This document shows positions 56,359-64,000 of a DNA stretch of 64,000 nucleotides, piece by piece. Source of the stretch: Minisyncoccota bacterium. Lineage in GTDB: Bacteria > Patescibacteriota > Minisyncoccia > Phycocordibacterales > DATDSR01. The stretch's first letter is position 1, and each line of letters begins with the position of its first letter. The stretch is from assembly GCA_036517655.1 (NCBI GenBank), contig DATDVE010000016.1:2979-66978 (forward strand). The letters are read 5' to 3'. Below the pieces are notes generated by a model that saw only the letters and a list, made by a program, of their open reading frames with translations, had not been told where the DNA came from and did no database searches. A program made the translations under genes and the position numbers.

Positions 56359-58658
56359 TCCTGCGACGAGTTGCCTATTATGATATCTCCCGATAAAACT
56401 CCTTTTGGCAAATTGAGCTCCTCGGATCTGTGCACGCGGCGATATGATCCGTCCGCCTGTTTGGCATCAATGGTGATGTAATAGTCCCCAGGAGAAACAA
56501 GCATGTAGAATCGGCCGAACTCATCCGCAACTACGCGCTTCACTTCTTGGTTTAAGTTAGACATGAAGATTCTAACAATGGCGAAGGAATATGGTTCCCC
56601 GCTTTCAGCGTCCTTTATCATCACAGCCCTCCACGAACTTCTCCAATAGGTCTGAACTAAGAAAATTATAATGTAGAGAGATAACACGACAAAATTGAAG
56701 GTTCCGGGCGACAGCAATGTAGCCAAGAGGGTGAAAACGAAACCAACTATATACAAAACATCGAATATTATTGATTTGATCTTCTCACGTCTTGAGTAGA
56801 GGCGATACAGCTTTTGCTTACTCTTCACAAATTCGTTCCAGTCGAAACCTTCCGGATCAAGGGGAATATTGCGTGTTATCACTTCTCCCGAAGCGGTGAG
56901 CAACTGTTCTCCGTGATAGAGATTGCCGTAGAGTTCGTCTGAATCATGCCTGGCGAGAGCCTTGGACGGGAATGAGTAATGGGTTTTGCCGGCCTCGATT
57001 GTATATTTACCAGAAGGGAGCAGGAAACCGTAACGGCCATCTAGGTCCGTGATAGCATCGGCAATATCTTTGCCATCTTGCTTTACAACGACATAGGCAG
57101 GGTCAAGAGGTCGCTTGGTGACAGAATCATACACAGTTCCCCAGGGCTTATGCTTGCGTCGCAAACCGAGGAAACCCAGTATCGCACCGAAGAATCGCAT
57201 GATCAAAAGGTAAAGATCATAAGCGGAGCTCACATTGGTGGAAACCACGATTATCTGTGTCAATCCTGATATGAGACCAATTGCAGAACCGACAGGGAGA
57301 TAATCTTCGGCATCCGCGAAGCCAGAAAGTGGCGCCGCGCCTTTGTCGACAAATACAGCGCCACGCACCTCGGCTAATTTTGCACGAGAGTGGTCCAACA
57401 CATAAATATTGACCGAGTACTCACCCGCATCTAGCAGTGGTCCAATAGTTGCCTCATACCTTGATTTCTCTTCATCTACCCGAAGAAGAAAAGAGAAGAT
57501 CTTATCCTTGTCTCTCGGATGACGCATAGTTACTGCTATGGTCTTCAGAACCTCCGGCAAGTTATCATAAGATATGTACAAGGTTGTACTTTCTGTCCCA
57601 CCTAGCGAGATTCTGGATCCCTCCGCAAACTCTTTCTCTGTATCGCCCTGCTTGAAGATAAAAGTGAGATTCTGCAATTCAGGCGGTAAATCCTTGGCAA
57701 TCGGTAAACTGTCGAATATGTCGGGTACTGTTACTGGGAGTTCCGTCTCTTCGTCAGGTTCTTCGTCAAGTTCGTCGTCGGGTTCGGGTAGGATGTCCTC
57801 ACCGGGAATAGTTTCAGAAGCAATTGCGCCAGACGAATAATTGCCGCCATCATCTCTTGTGAAAATTGTGTAGTAGTAAGTGACTCCTTCTGCAACTCCA
57901 CTATCTTCGAAAAACTCCCCACTACCTTCATAGATCACCTCTCCATCCTCCGGGTCATCAATGAAGAAAGTCGTTGACCTTACGATACGAACGACAGAGA
58001 AATCTGGATCACTCGGATTCTCCCAAGAGAGCAGCACCGCGGATTCGGAGACGTCGTATACGGCAGTAAAGTTTGCCGGGTTAGCTGGAGTCTCGTCAGT
58101 CGCGAATCCTTCCGTATCAAACGAGTGGCCGAGCGAACTCGTAGAATTATCAGGATTACCCGCTTCATACGCGGCTATCTTGAAGAAATATGGAGTCCCC
58201 GGTGACAAGTCCTCAATCGTAAACAAGTGAGTGGTAGCTGGTACAAATTCAGCCATACTGCCAAGTTCATAGTCAAGTGTCTCTCCCCAAGATAGTATGG
58301 AGTAAGCAAGAAGATTTGTATTCCATGAAACTGGAACGCTCGAAGTACCTACAACGAACTCCACGTCACTTATCTCAAGCTGCTGCCCGCTTCCACCCCC
58401 TCCTCCCCCGCCGCCCCCACCTCCACCGCCTCCACCATCTATCGGACAATCACTTGGGCAGTTAGTCGAGGTCTCCCCAATCCCCGCTTGGCAAACTGAA
58501 TTCTGATTACAGAAATTTACTGTGGCATTCACATTTAGGTTATCGGTCGCCGCATGAGCGGAAAATTCTAAACCCCAAACCCCAAACCCCAACAAAATCA
58601 CAAGTACCAAAATCCCAGATTTGAACTTTGAACTTTGCGTTTTGCGTTCTGCTCTCAT
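56334..58658 (-). CDS. Membrane protein with FN3 domains, poly-Gly linker and carboxypeptidase-regulatory-like Ig domains
   Basis: Signal peptide, C..CPSDC, long poly-Gly tract, LSPGTPYFFKI, GVTYYYTIF, WGTVYDSVTKRPLDPA, TD..GRY.F; TM segments. Confidence 0.8.
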   Translation of the reverse strand: MRAERKTQSSKFKSGILVLVILLGFGVWGLEFSAHAATDNLNVNATVNFCNQNSVCQAGIGETSTNCPSDCPIDGGGGGGGGGGGGGGGSGQQLEISDVEFVVGTSSVPVSWNTNLLAYSILSWGETLDYELGSMAEFVPATTHLFTIEDLSPGTPYFFKIAAYEAGNPDNSTSSLGHSFDTEGFATDETPANPANFTAVYDVSESAVLLSWENPSDPDFSVVRIVRSTTFFIDDPEDGEVIYEGSGEFFEDSGVAEGVTYYYTIFTRDDGGNYSSGAIASETIPGEDILPEPDDELDEEPDEETELPVTVPDIFDSLPIAKDLPPELQNLTFIFKQGDTEKEFAEGSRISLGGTESTTLYISYDNLPEVLKTIAVTMRHPRDKDKIFSFLLRVDEEKSRYEATIGPLLDAGEYSVNIYVLDHSRAKLAEVRGAVFVDKGAAPLSGFADAEDYLPVGSAIGLISGLTQIIVVSTNVSSAYDLYLLIMRFFGAILGFLGLRRKHKPWGTVYDSVTKRPLDPAYVVVKQDGKDIADAITDLDGRYGFLLPSGKYTIEAGKTHYSFPSKALARHDSDELYGNLYHGEQLLTASGEVITRNIPLDPEGFDWNEFVKSKQKLYRLYSRREKIKSIIFDVLYIVGFVFTLLATLLSPGTFNFVVLSLYIIIFLVQTYWRSSWRAVMIKDAESGEPYSFAIVRIFMSNLNQEVKRVVADEFGRFYMLVSPGDYYITIDAKQADGSYRRVHRSEELNLPKGVLSGDIIIGNSSQELKMQTAK
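58570..58654. repeat. Heptamer arrays encoding the N-terminal signal peptide, including perfect (AAACCCC)x3
   Basis: 58570-58590 (aaacccc)3; 58620-58654 tttgaac tttgaac tttgcgt tttgcgt tctgctc. Confidence 0.75.
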
Positions 58659-59401
58659 ATCGCAATCGCTGTTACAATTATATGTGCCGAGTAGCTGCCA
58701 GCGGCTTGATTTGCGGTAGCCTCCGCCTCTGCCTCGAACCGAACAGTCGTGTTTGTCCCCGTGGGGTGATTGCCAGAGATGCCCTTGCCGACAAGTTTGT
58801 TAGTGGTAGTTATAGAGTCCCAACATGCAGAAACTGCGTCAGAAGTGCCCACACCACAGGCAGTCCCGTTATCTTTATACGTACTCCATATATCTGCGCC
58901 CTCTGGACTGAAACCGAATTCGGAGTTACCGATACCAATTGTCCAAGTATAGTCTGGCAGAGAGCCTGAAGGAGTATAGTTGGCGAAGAAATTCGCTCCC
59001 GACTGCATGGCGGGGCTTGAGTCCGCCTTTATGTAGAGAGTATAGCCGGTGGGATTATCAGTAGTGACAGTCCAGACAGCCGAGCCGTATGCAGCCCCTC
59101 CCTGGAGAGTTGTGATAACAGGCAGGAGATTAACGTCAGACGGAGTAGACAGCGAGATATAGCCATCACTCTGTTGATAGCCGGCCTCTAGAGCATAGTT
59201 TGTACTTGTGCCCCGACCTGTACTCACCTCTCCTCCAGTATCCTCGAGCGAGAAGTTTGCTGACGTGGATCTAGACCCGGCGAAATTGATACTGTCACGT
59301 TCAATTATATAGTTCGTGCTACTCGCTGCTATGGCCAAGACGTTGCGGGCAGGAGCGGCGATGAAGAGGACGACGGTCAAGATTGTGAACAGAGTTTTCA
59401 T
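58655..59401 (-). CDS. Secreted beta-sandwich protein, WxL/fimbrial-subunit-like
   Basis: Signal peptide; SSTNY..DSIN..G; VTTDNPTGYTL; C-terminal AGSYSAHIIVTA strand. Confidence 0.65.
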   Translation of the reverse strand: MKTLFTILTVVLFIAAPARNVLAIAASSTNYIIERDSINFAGSRSTSANFSLEDTGGEVSTGRGTSTNYALEAGYQQSDGYISLSTPSDVNLLPVITTLQGGAAYGSAVWTVTTDNPTGYTLYIKADSSPAMQSGANFFANYTPSGSLPDYTWTIGIGNSEFGFSPEGADIWSTYKDNGTACGVGTSDAVSACWDSITTTNKLVGKGISGNHPTGTNTTVRFEAEAEATANQAAGSYSAHIIVTAIAI

Positions 59402-60282
59402 TTCTTGCGAATGATTCTTACGATCTTCACAATCACTAACACGCCAACCAGAACTATAAGCAGCAATTTCCACGGGATAACCCAGAAGCTCACAACTTCC
59501 TCACCCTTAACCTCCCCACTCGCGTCAATCAAACTTAGACTGGCACTGTAGCGACCAATCAGAAACTTTGAGCCAATTGTATCAACGCGTGATCGTGTCG
59601 CATCTGGCAACACAAACCATGAGGAGATCACTCTCTCATCGGAAGTCAGTCCCAGTGAATTCTTGAGAACTAGCTTCCCGGAGAGTTTCGAGTGAACGTC
59701 CCCCGAGTTAGAGTAGGTTGTCACAAGAGCGACTGGGCCAGAAGACAGCAACTTATCACCACTTGCCACTCCAAAGGCAAGGACCTTCCCGCTAGAGGTT
59801 AGATTCTGCGTCGTGCCTACAAGCACGGGGACAGCAATGCGACTTGAGAGAGAAGCGCCAGCGCCCGATAGTCCCGAGTCGGCACCTCCGGCAACAGATA
59901 CTGTCACTGCTCCGTATAGGCCCGGCAATATTACACTCTCCGGTAAGTCAATCGTTATCGGCACACTCGCCGTCTGCCTCGCGCCAATCTCGACTGATCG
60001 CAGTGGCGCCTTGAGATATGAGCTAAGTGAGTAACCACTCTTGTCTCCAGAAAGAAGGGCGATCTCGCCGACGGAATCTACTTCTATATCTTCAGCTCCA
60101 ATGGTAAAAATTCGCGCAGTGTCGGATTGGTTAGTAATGGCAATGTTGAATGTCAGCACCTCACCCGCCGATACGTAGAGCTCCTTGTGGGCAGGGCTAA
60201 CTAGAAAACTATCGGAGGCAGCCGAGATAAAACTAGGGAAGAGGAGAACGGAGGCAAAAAATATTATGTACTTAGGTTTCAT
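59398..60282 (-). CDS. DUF916/DUF3324-like (WxL-partner, chaperone-like) protein with C-terminal TM
   Basis: VSP..EL...GE....I.ITN; PGLYGAV; NSGDVH; VLP..TR; GRYSA.L; FWVIPW followed by TM and basic tail. Confidence 0.7.
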   Translation of the reverse strand: MKPKYIIFFASVLLFPSFISAASDSFLVSPAHKELYVSAGEVLTFNIAITNQSDTARIFTIGAEDIEVDSVGEIALLSGDKSGYSLSSYLKAPLRSVEIGARQTASVPITIDLPESVILPGLYGAVTVSVAGGADSGLSGAGASLSSRIAVPVLVGTTQNLTSSGKVLAFGVASGDKLLSSGPVALVTTYSNSGDVHSKLSGKLVLKNSLGLTSDERVISSWFVLPDATRSRVDTIGSKFLIGRYSASLSLIDASGEVKGEEVVSFWVIPWKLLLIVLVGVLVIVKIVRIIRKK

Positions 60283-61214
60283 CTCTGATCTACAGGTACA
60301 ATTACAAAAACAAAAGAATCATCCGTCGGACTTCTGAAAACAGGTCTGATCAGACCTGCACTTCTGCTATTGTCCAGCGTAACATCCACTTCGTCAGAGA
60401 ATGCATCTCGCACACTCTGCTTGATTGACTCGTCCGAGACAGCATCACCAGAGCTAGGGCGGACAACGATTCCAAAATTATTACTGCCTTCGGTCGAGGT
60501 ATAGTCAATCAATTCCGAAAGCCTCTCATCAATAATATTTTCCGTAATCGTCCGAACATCGCTCTCTGATAGTCCTTCTCCCGACGAGACAATAGTGGTT
60601 GACGTAGATGTGGAATTTCTGCTCTCCACGACAACGCGCTCCTCTCTCTCCTTCTCGCCAATTATGGGCGAGAGGAACGCGAGCGTCTTGTCCCTGATAG
60701 CAGACGCGAGAGTGGCAATTTTATCCTCAACACTATTTAGAAAACCTAAGTACAGAGCATCAACTTTTCTTCCTAGACTAATACTCGATGCAATGACGTT
60801 CGCAGTTTGATCCACGTCCTGCACCATGAGCCCCACTTCCTGCGAATCTGGTAGGTTGATAGTAAAATACTCACCCGCCGATGGAAGTGCAGGACGACCC
60901 AAAAGATAAAGTGGGACCAGTAGGAGTACGGCAAGGGCGAAATAGGCAAAGACCGGCTTCGCGCGAACCTGCTTATTTACGGAGATCTGATCAGATGGCT
61001 TCGGTGCTGTTGGTACTCTCTTCCCTTCCACGTCGGCTGTGTATTTAGACAATGATGAATAGTCAACGAATCTATCACGACCAACCATGGCCGAGCCGAT
61101 TTTACCGGAGCGGCTAAGCTGTCCGATATAGTCCTTTGTATAGCCAAATAGCACGGCTGCTCGCCTAGACGAGATATAGGTTTTGCCTGAAATTATAAGT
61201 GGCTGCTCCTCCAT
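60279..61214 (-). CDS. Bitopic protein with N-terminal HTH (excisionase/HTH_17-like) domain
   Basis: YISSRRAAVLFGYTKDYIGQLSRSGKI; one TM; extracellular C-terminus. Confidence 0.7.
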   Translation of the reverse strand: MEEQPLIISGKTYISSRRAAVLFGYTKDYIGQLSRSGKIGSAMVGRDRFVDYSSLSKYTADVEGKRVPTAPKPSDQISVNKQVRAKPVFAYFALAVLLLVPLYLLGRPALPSAGEYFTINLPDSQEVGLMVQDVDQTANVIASSISLGRKVDALYLGFLNSVEDKIATLASAIRDKTLAFLSPIIGEKEREERVVVESRNSTSTSTTIVSSGEGLSESDVRTITENIIDERLSELIDYTSTEGSNNFGIVVRPSSGDAVSDESIKQSVRDAFSDEVDVTLDNSRSAGLIRPVFRSPTDDSFVFVIVPVDQR

Positions 61215-61263
61215 TCTTGCCTTTAATTATACCGGGCTAGAGAATAATCTGTTAAGCTTAGGT

Positions 61264-62769
61264 GTGCATAAACCCCTATATGTAATTAAGGTCATCCCGG
61301 CCCATAGAAGCCTCTCAGCCCTGACCTATTTCAGTGCCCAGAGTTTCGCAGCCGGAGAGATCACCCCGATTGAGGTTAGCGGCAGGGAAATTGCAGCAAT
61401 GGTGGTGAGCTCTTCGCAAGTCGCCAATTCTAAGTGGAGTCTTAAAAAACAGAATTTTAGACTGAAGAAGCTAGAAGCGAGAAGTACTGGGATTTTGATT
61501 CCAGAGGTAGTCGTGGCAGCACTCAGGAAACTGTCTGAATACTACTTACTTGAAATGGCCCTAATCCTTGAGCTCGTCATGCCGAGATTAAACAAAATAA
61601 GGCCAATTCTAAATTCCCAATCTCACATCACATGCGCACCTAATGAACGAGCAGCGAGGCTACTACCTAAGGACAGGCAGCTGGCAGTAACAGTGCGGCA
61701 GCTAATTCTCTTGCAGGGTCAAGTCAGAAAGATAAGAGTGGTAGGGGGCGAAGACTCCTACCGCGACCCAAGCTACCCCAACCTGGACCTTAGGGTCTAT
61801 ATCAAGGCTCTTGCCGAGGCCATTGGTGCCGAGTATGTGGAGGGGGAAAGTGGTCCTATCGGCGGACGCCGAGCAGAAATTATTCTTATAAAAATGTCAG
61901 GTCCGGAGCTGATCAGCCCTGAACTTAGAGAGCTAATTACTTCATCGGCGAAACGCAATAAGTCGCTTCTACTCGTGGTAGCCAGAAAAGGTTACGCAAC
62001 TACAACAGTCTGCCGAGATTGCGGATCGATCCTTTATTGTCCAAACTGCTCTACCCCTCTTGTTCTTTTCGCGCGTAGAGAAAGAGAATATGTCTGCAAC
62101 TATTGCACAAGCAAGTTTGCCGCGGACCAGAGGTGCTCGACATGCGGCGGGTGGAAACTAGAGCCACATGGCATAGCCACGCAGAGGGTCGAGACAGAAG
62201 TCGAGCGGATAGTTCAGGGTAGCTTGGGAGATAAGATAAGAACATCCACGCTTGCGTCTGCACAGAACACAGTTGAGCGGTACGACAATTCCGCGGTAAT
62301 GAGTGTAGATAGCATTTTTGCAACTCCAGATTTCAACATCCGTAGCAAAGTGTTTAACGCCTTATCGGATCTTGCCAGTAATACCGGCGGCAAATTGCTT
62401 ATACAAACTCGGCATCATGATAACAGCTTGTTCAGATTTCTACTGGACAACGACAAGCTAGGCTTCGAGAGAGAGGACAACAAACTACGCAAGACCTACA
62501 ACTACCCCCCCTTTGCAACCCTTATCAAGATCACTCACAGAGGTAATCAGGCAGAGAAATCTCGGTTCGAAAAGTTTGCAAAAACCCTGCTTCACGGCTA
62601 CAATCCGACTATTGCACCAGCATTCATCCCTGTAGTAAGGAACAAACTGGTGACCAATGTCATTCTTCGGCTTCCACTTGAAGTCTGGCCCAACGAGAGA
62701 CTAGAGAGAATACTCAGAAGGTTGAAAGAGGTTGCCGAGGTGCATATTAATCCACGAGACTTATTGTAA
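61264..62769 (+). CDS. priA: Primosomal protein N' (degenerate, no recognisable helicase Walker motifs)
   Basis: LTY N-domain, RKGY..CRDCG..CPNC..CNYC..CSTCG, G.ATQRVE, IQT, YPPF; GTG at 61264 preferred. Confidence 0.8.
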   Translation: MHKPLYVIKVIPAHRSLSALTYFSAQSFAAGEITPIEVSGREIAAMVVSSSQVANSKWSLKKQNFRLKKLEARSTGILIPEVVVAALRKLSEYYLLEMALILELVMPRLNKIRPILNSQSHITCAPNERAARLLPKDRQLAVTVRQLILLQGQVRKIRVVGGEDSYRDPSYPNLDLRVYIKALAEAIGAEYVEGESGPIGGRRAEIILIKMSGPELISPELRELITSSAKRNKSLLLVVARKGYATTTVCRDCGSILYCPNCSTPLVLFARREREYVCNYCTSKFAADQRCSTCGGWKLEPHGIATQRVETEVERIVQGSLGDKIRTSTLASAQNTVERYDNSAVMSVDSIFATPDFNIRSKVFNALSDLASNTGGKLLIQTRHHDNSLFRFLLDNDKLGFEREDNKLRKTYNYPPFATLIKITHRGNQAEKSRFEKFAKTLLHGYNPTIAPAFIPVVRNKLVTNVILRLPLEVWPNERLERILRRLKEVAEVHINPRDLL

Positions 62770-63278
62770 TGGAGAATATGATTCTACAAGTCGGAGACCC
62801 TAGATTGAGAACTCCTTGTCGAGAAGTATCATCCGATGAAGCTTCTGGGTCAAAAACTAGGAAGCTAATAAGACACATGCAAGCAGTACTTGAAGGTTGT
62901 CCGGATGGAGTGGCGCTTGCCGCTCCACAGATAGGCGAAAATGTTAGAATCTTCGTAGTTTCTCCAAGAGCCTTCGCGCAAGCATCCGAATCAAACAGGC
63001 TTGTTTACATTAATCCCAGAGTGAGGAAAAGCTCAGCAAAATACCTTGAACTGGAAGAGGGCTGTCTCTCTGTGCGTAATGTATATGGCAAAATCCTGCG
63101 GAAGGAAAAGATAACAATCGAGGCCGTTGATGAGAGAGGTAAAAGATTTGTCAGAGGTGGTTCTGGCTTACTTTCAGAAATATTCCAACATGAGATTGAA
63201 CACCTGGACGGCATTCTTTTCACCGATACCGCCAAGGAGCTAAGAGAAATAAAGGATACTACAGGCGATGCATCGTGA
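62769..63278 (+). CDS. def: Peptide deformylase
   Basis: GVALAAPQIG, EGCLS, QHEIEHL.G. Confidence 0.97.
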   Translation: MENMILQVGDPRLRTPCREVSSDEASGSKTRKLIRHMQAVLEGCPDGVALAAPQIGENVRIFVVSPRAFAQASESNRLVYINPRVRKSSAKYLELEEGCLSVRNVYGKILRKEKITIEAVDERGKRFVRGGSGLLSEIFQHEIEHLDGILFTDTAKELREIKDTTGDAS

Positions 63279-64000
63279 GATTAAATTTGTTTTCTTCGGC
63301 TCTGACGCAGTAGCTCAAGGAGCACTCGTCTCGATTGCAAGGCATGGCTTAGTGCCGAGCGAGAAGGGCGATGTGGCAGTGCTAGTGTCCTACGGCAAAA
63401 TACTCAGGCAAGAAACCATTGAATCATTTAAATTTGGGATTCTAAATATTCACCCGTCACTTTTGCCAAAATTAAGAGGCCCCTCCCCCATCAAGTCTGC
63501 CATCCTGGAAGATCTAGCGGAGACCGGCGTAAGTATTATGAAGCTAGACAATCAAGTTGATCACGGGCCAATACTCGCGCAAGAAGAAATTGCTCTCTCG
63601 CCTCAAGTTGCCACAGAGCAAGAACTGCGCACGGCATTATTTGAGAAAGGCGGGCAGCTACTGGCAAATGTTTTGCCAGACTATCTAGCCGGCAAGCTAG
63701 TGCCAGTCGCACAAGATCACGAAGAAGCAACCTATACGCGCAAATTCAAACCCGAAGACGCATATCTTGATTTCTCCACTTGGAGATCTGATCCCCAAGT
63801 TGTGCGAATACTAGAGAGGAAAGTGAGAGCACTAAGTGAGGAGCCGGGAACTTACTCTGTAATTCCCACGCAAAGGGGCAAGAAACGAGTGAAGATTCTT
63901 AAGGCGCACATAGAGCAAAATAAATTTGTTCCCGATCTAGTACAGCCGGATGGCAAGAAACAGATGACTTGGCAAGCCTTCCTACTGGGCAACCCTGTTA
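63268..64000 (+). CDS. fmt: Methionyl-tRNA formyltransferase (runs off window; absent from ORF track)
   Basis: Manual translation MHREIKFVFFG...SYGKIL..ILNIHPSLLPKLRGPSPI..ETGVSIM..D.GPIL. Confidence 0.92.
   Translation, partial: MHREIKFVFFGSDAVAQGALVSIARHGLVPSEKGDVAVLVSYGKILRQETIESFKFGILNIHPSLLPKLRGPSPIKSAILEDLAETGVSIMKLDNQVDHGPILAQEEIALSPQVATEQELRTALFEKGGQLLANVLPDYLAGKLVPVAQDHEEATYTRKFKPEDAYLDFSTWRSDPQVVRILERKVRALSEEPGTYSVIPTQRGKKRVKILKAHIEQNKFVPDLVQPDGKKQMTWQAFLLGNPV

Noticed and set aside
58391-58440. Poly-Gly tract as a contingency repeat
   Set aside because: Mixed Gly codons in a triplet repeat keep the frame; an ordinary flexible linker
860-63730. Numerous antisense and alternate-frame ORFs in the track
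   Set aside because: They are shadows of well-supported genes, with no motifs or expression signals
1-64000. CRISPR array, rRNA, integrase or transposase
   Set aside because: No regularly spaced 25-45 bp repeats with spacers, no rRNA-like stretch, and no recombinase motifs in the ORFs
1-64000. Alternative genetic code (TGA=Gly, as in Gracilibacteria)
   Set aside because: Conserved genes are full length under code 11 and several end at TGA (dnaK, aspS, def)

Overview
This 64 kb window is mostly housekeeping chromosome from a reduced-genome bacterium, most likely Patescibacteria/CPR (Parcubacteria-like). That placement is inferred from gene content, shortened proteins, two mreB copies and a giant Ser/Thr-rich surface protein; the code is standard, with TGA as stop. 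It holds the end of the ribosomal cluster (rpoA-rplQ-rplM-rpsI), grpE-dnaK-dnaJ, six aminoacyl-tRNA synthetases, scpAB, cell-wall and division genes (dacA-like, ftsW, murG, mraZ-rsmH-ftsL-ftsI-murF, mreBCD-mrdA), dnaB, recR, rmuC, priA-def-fmt, a hicBA module and tRNA-Glu(CTC). The main unexplained signals are: (1) a stand-alone ~197-nt structured ncRNA at 35708-35904 with its own promoter and terminator, whose predicted pseudoknot resembles a stripped-down RNase P core; (2) several families of tiny palindromic or tandem-heptamer elements, found in frame inside dnaK, scpB, cysS, murF and ybaK, inside a broken tRNA copy, inside each other, and as the coding sequence of signal peptides; (3) a methyltransferase plus orphan multi-TM histidine kinase pair; (4) a secreted beta-helix/lytic-transglycosylase-like protein with two membrane-anchored partners; (5) a five-gene surface-fibre/WxL-like operon; (6) near-leaderless promoters on core genes, against SD-led GC-rich mini-cassettes. 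All calls come from manual motif recognition; no searches or folding programs were run.
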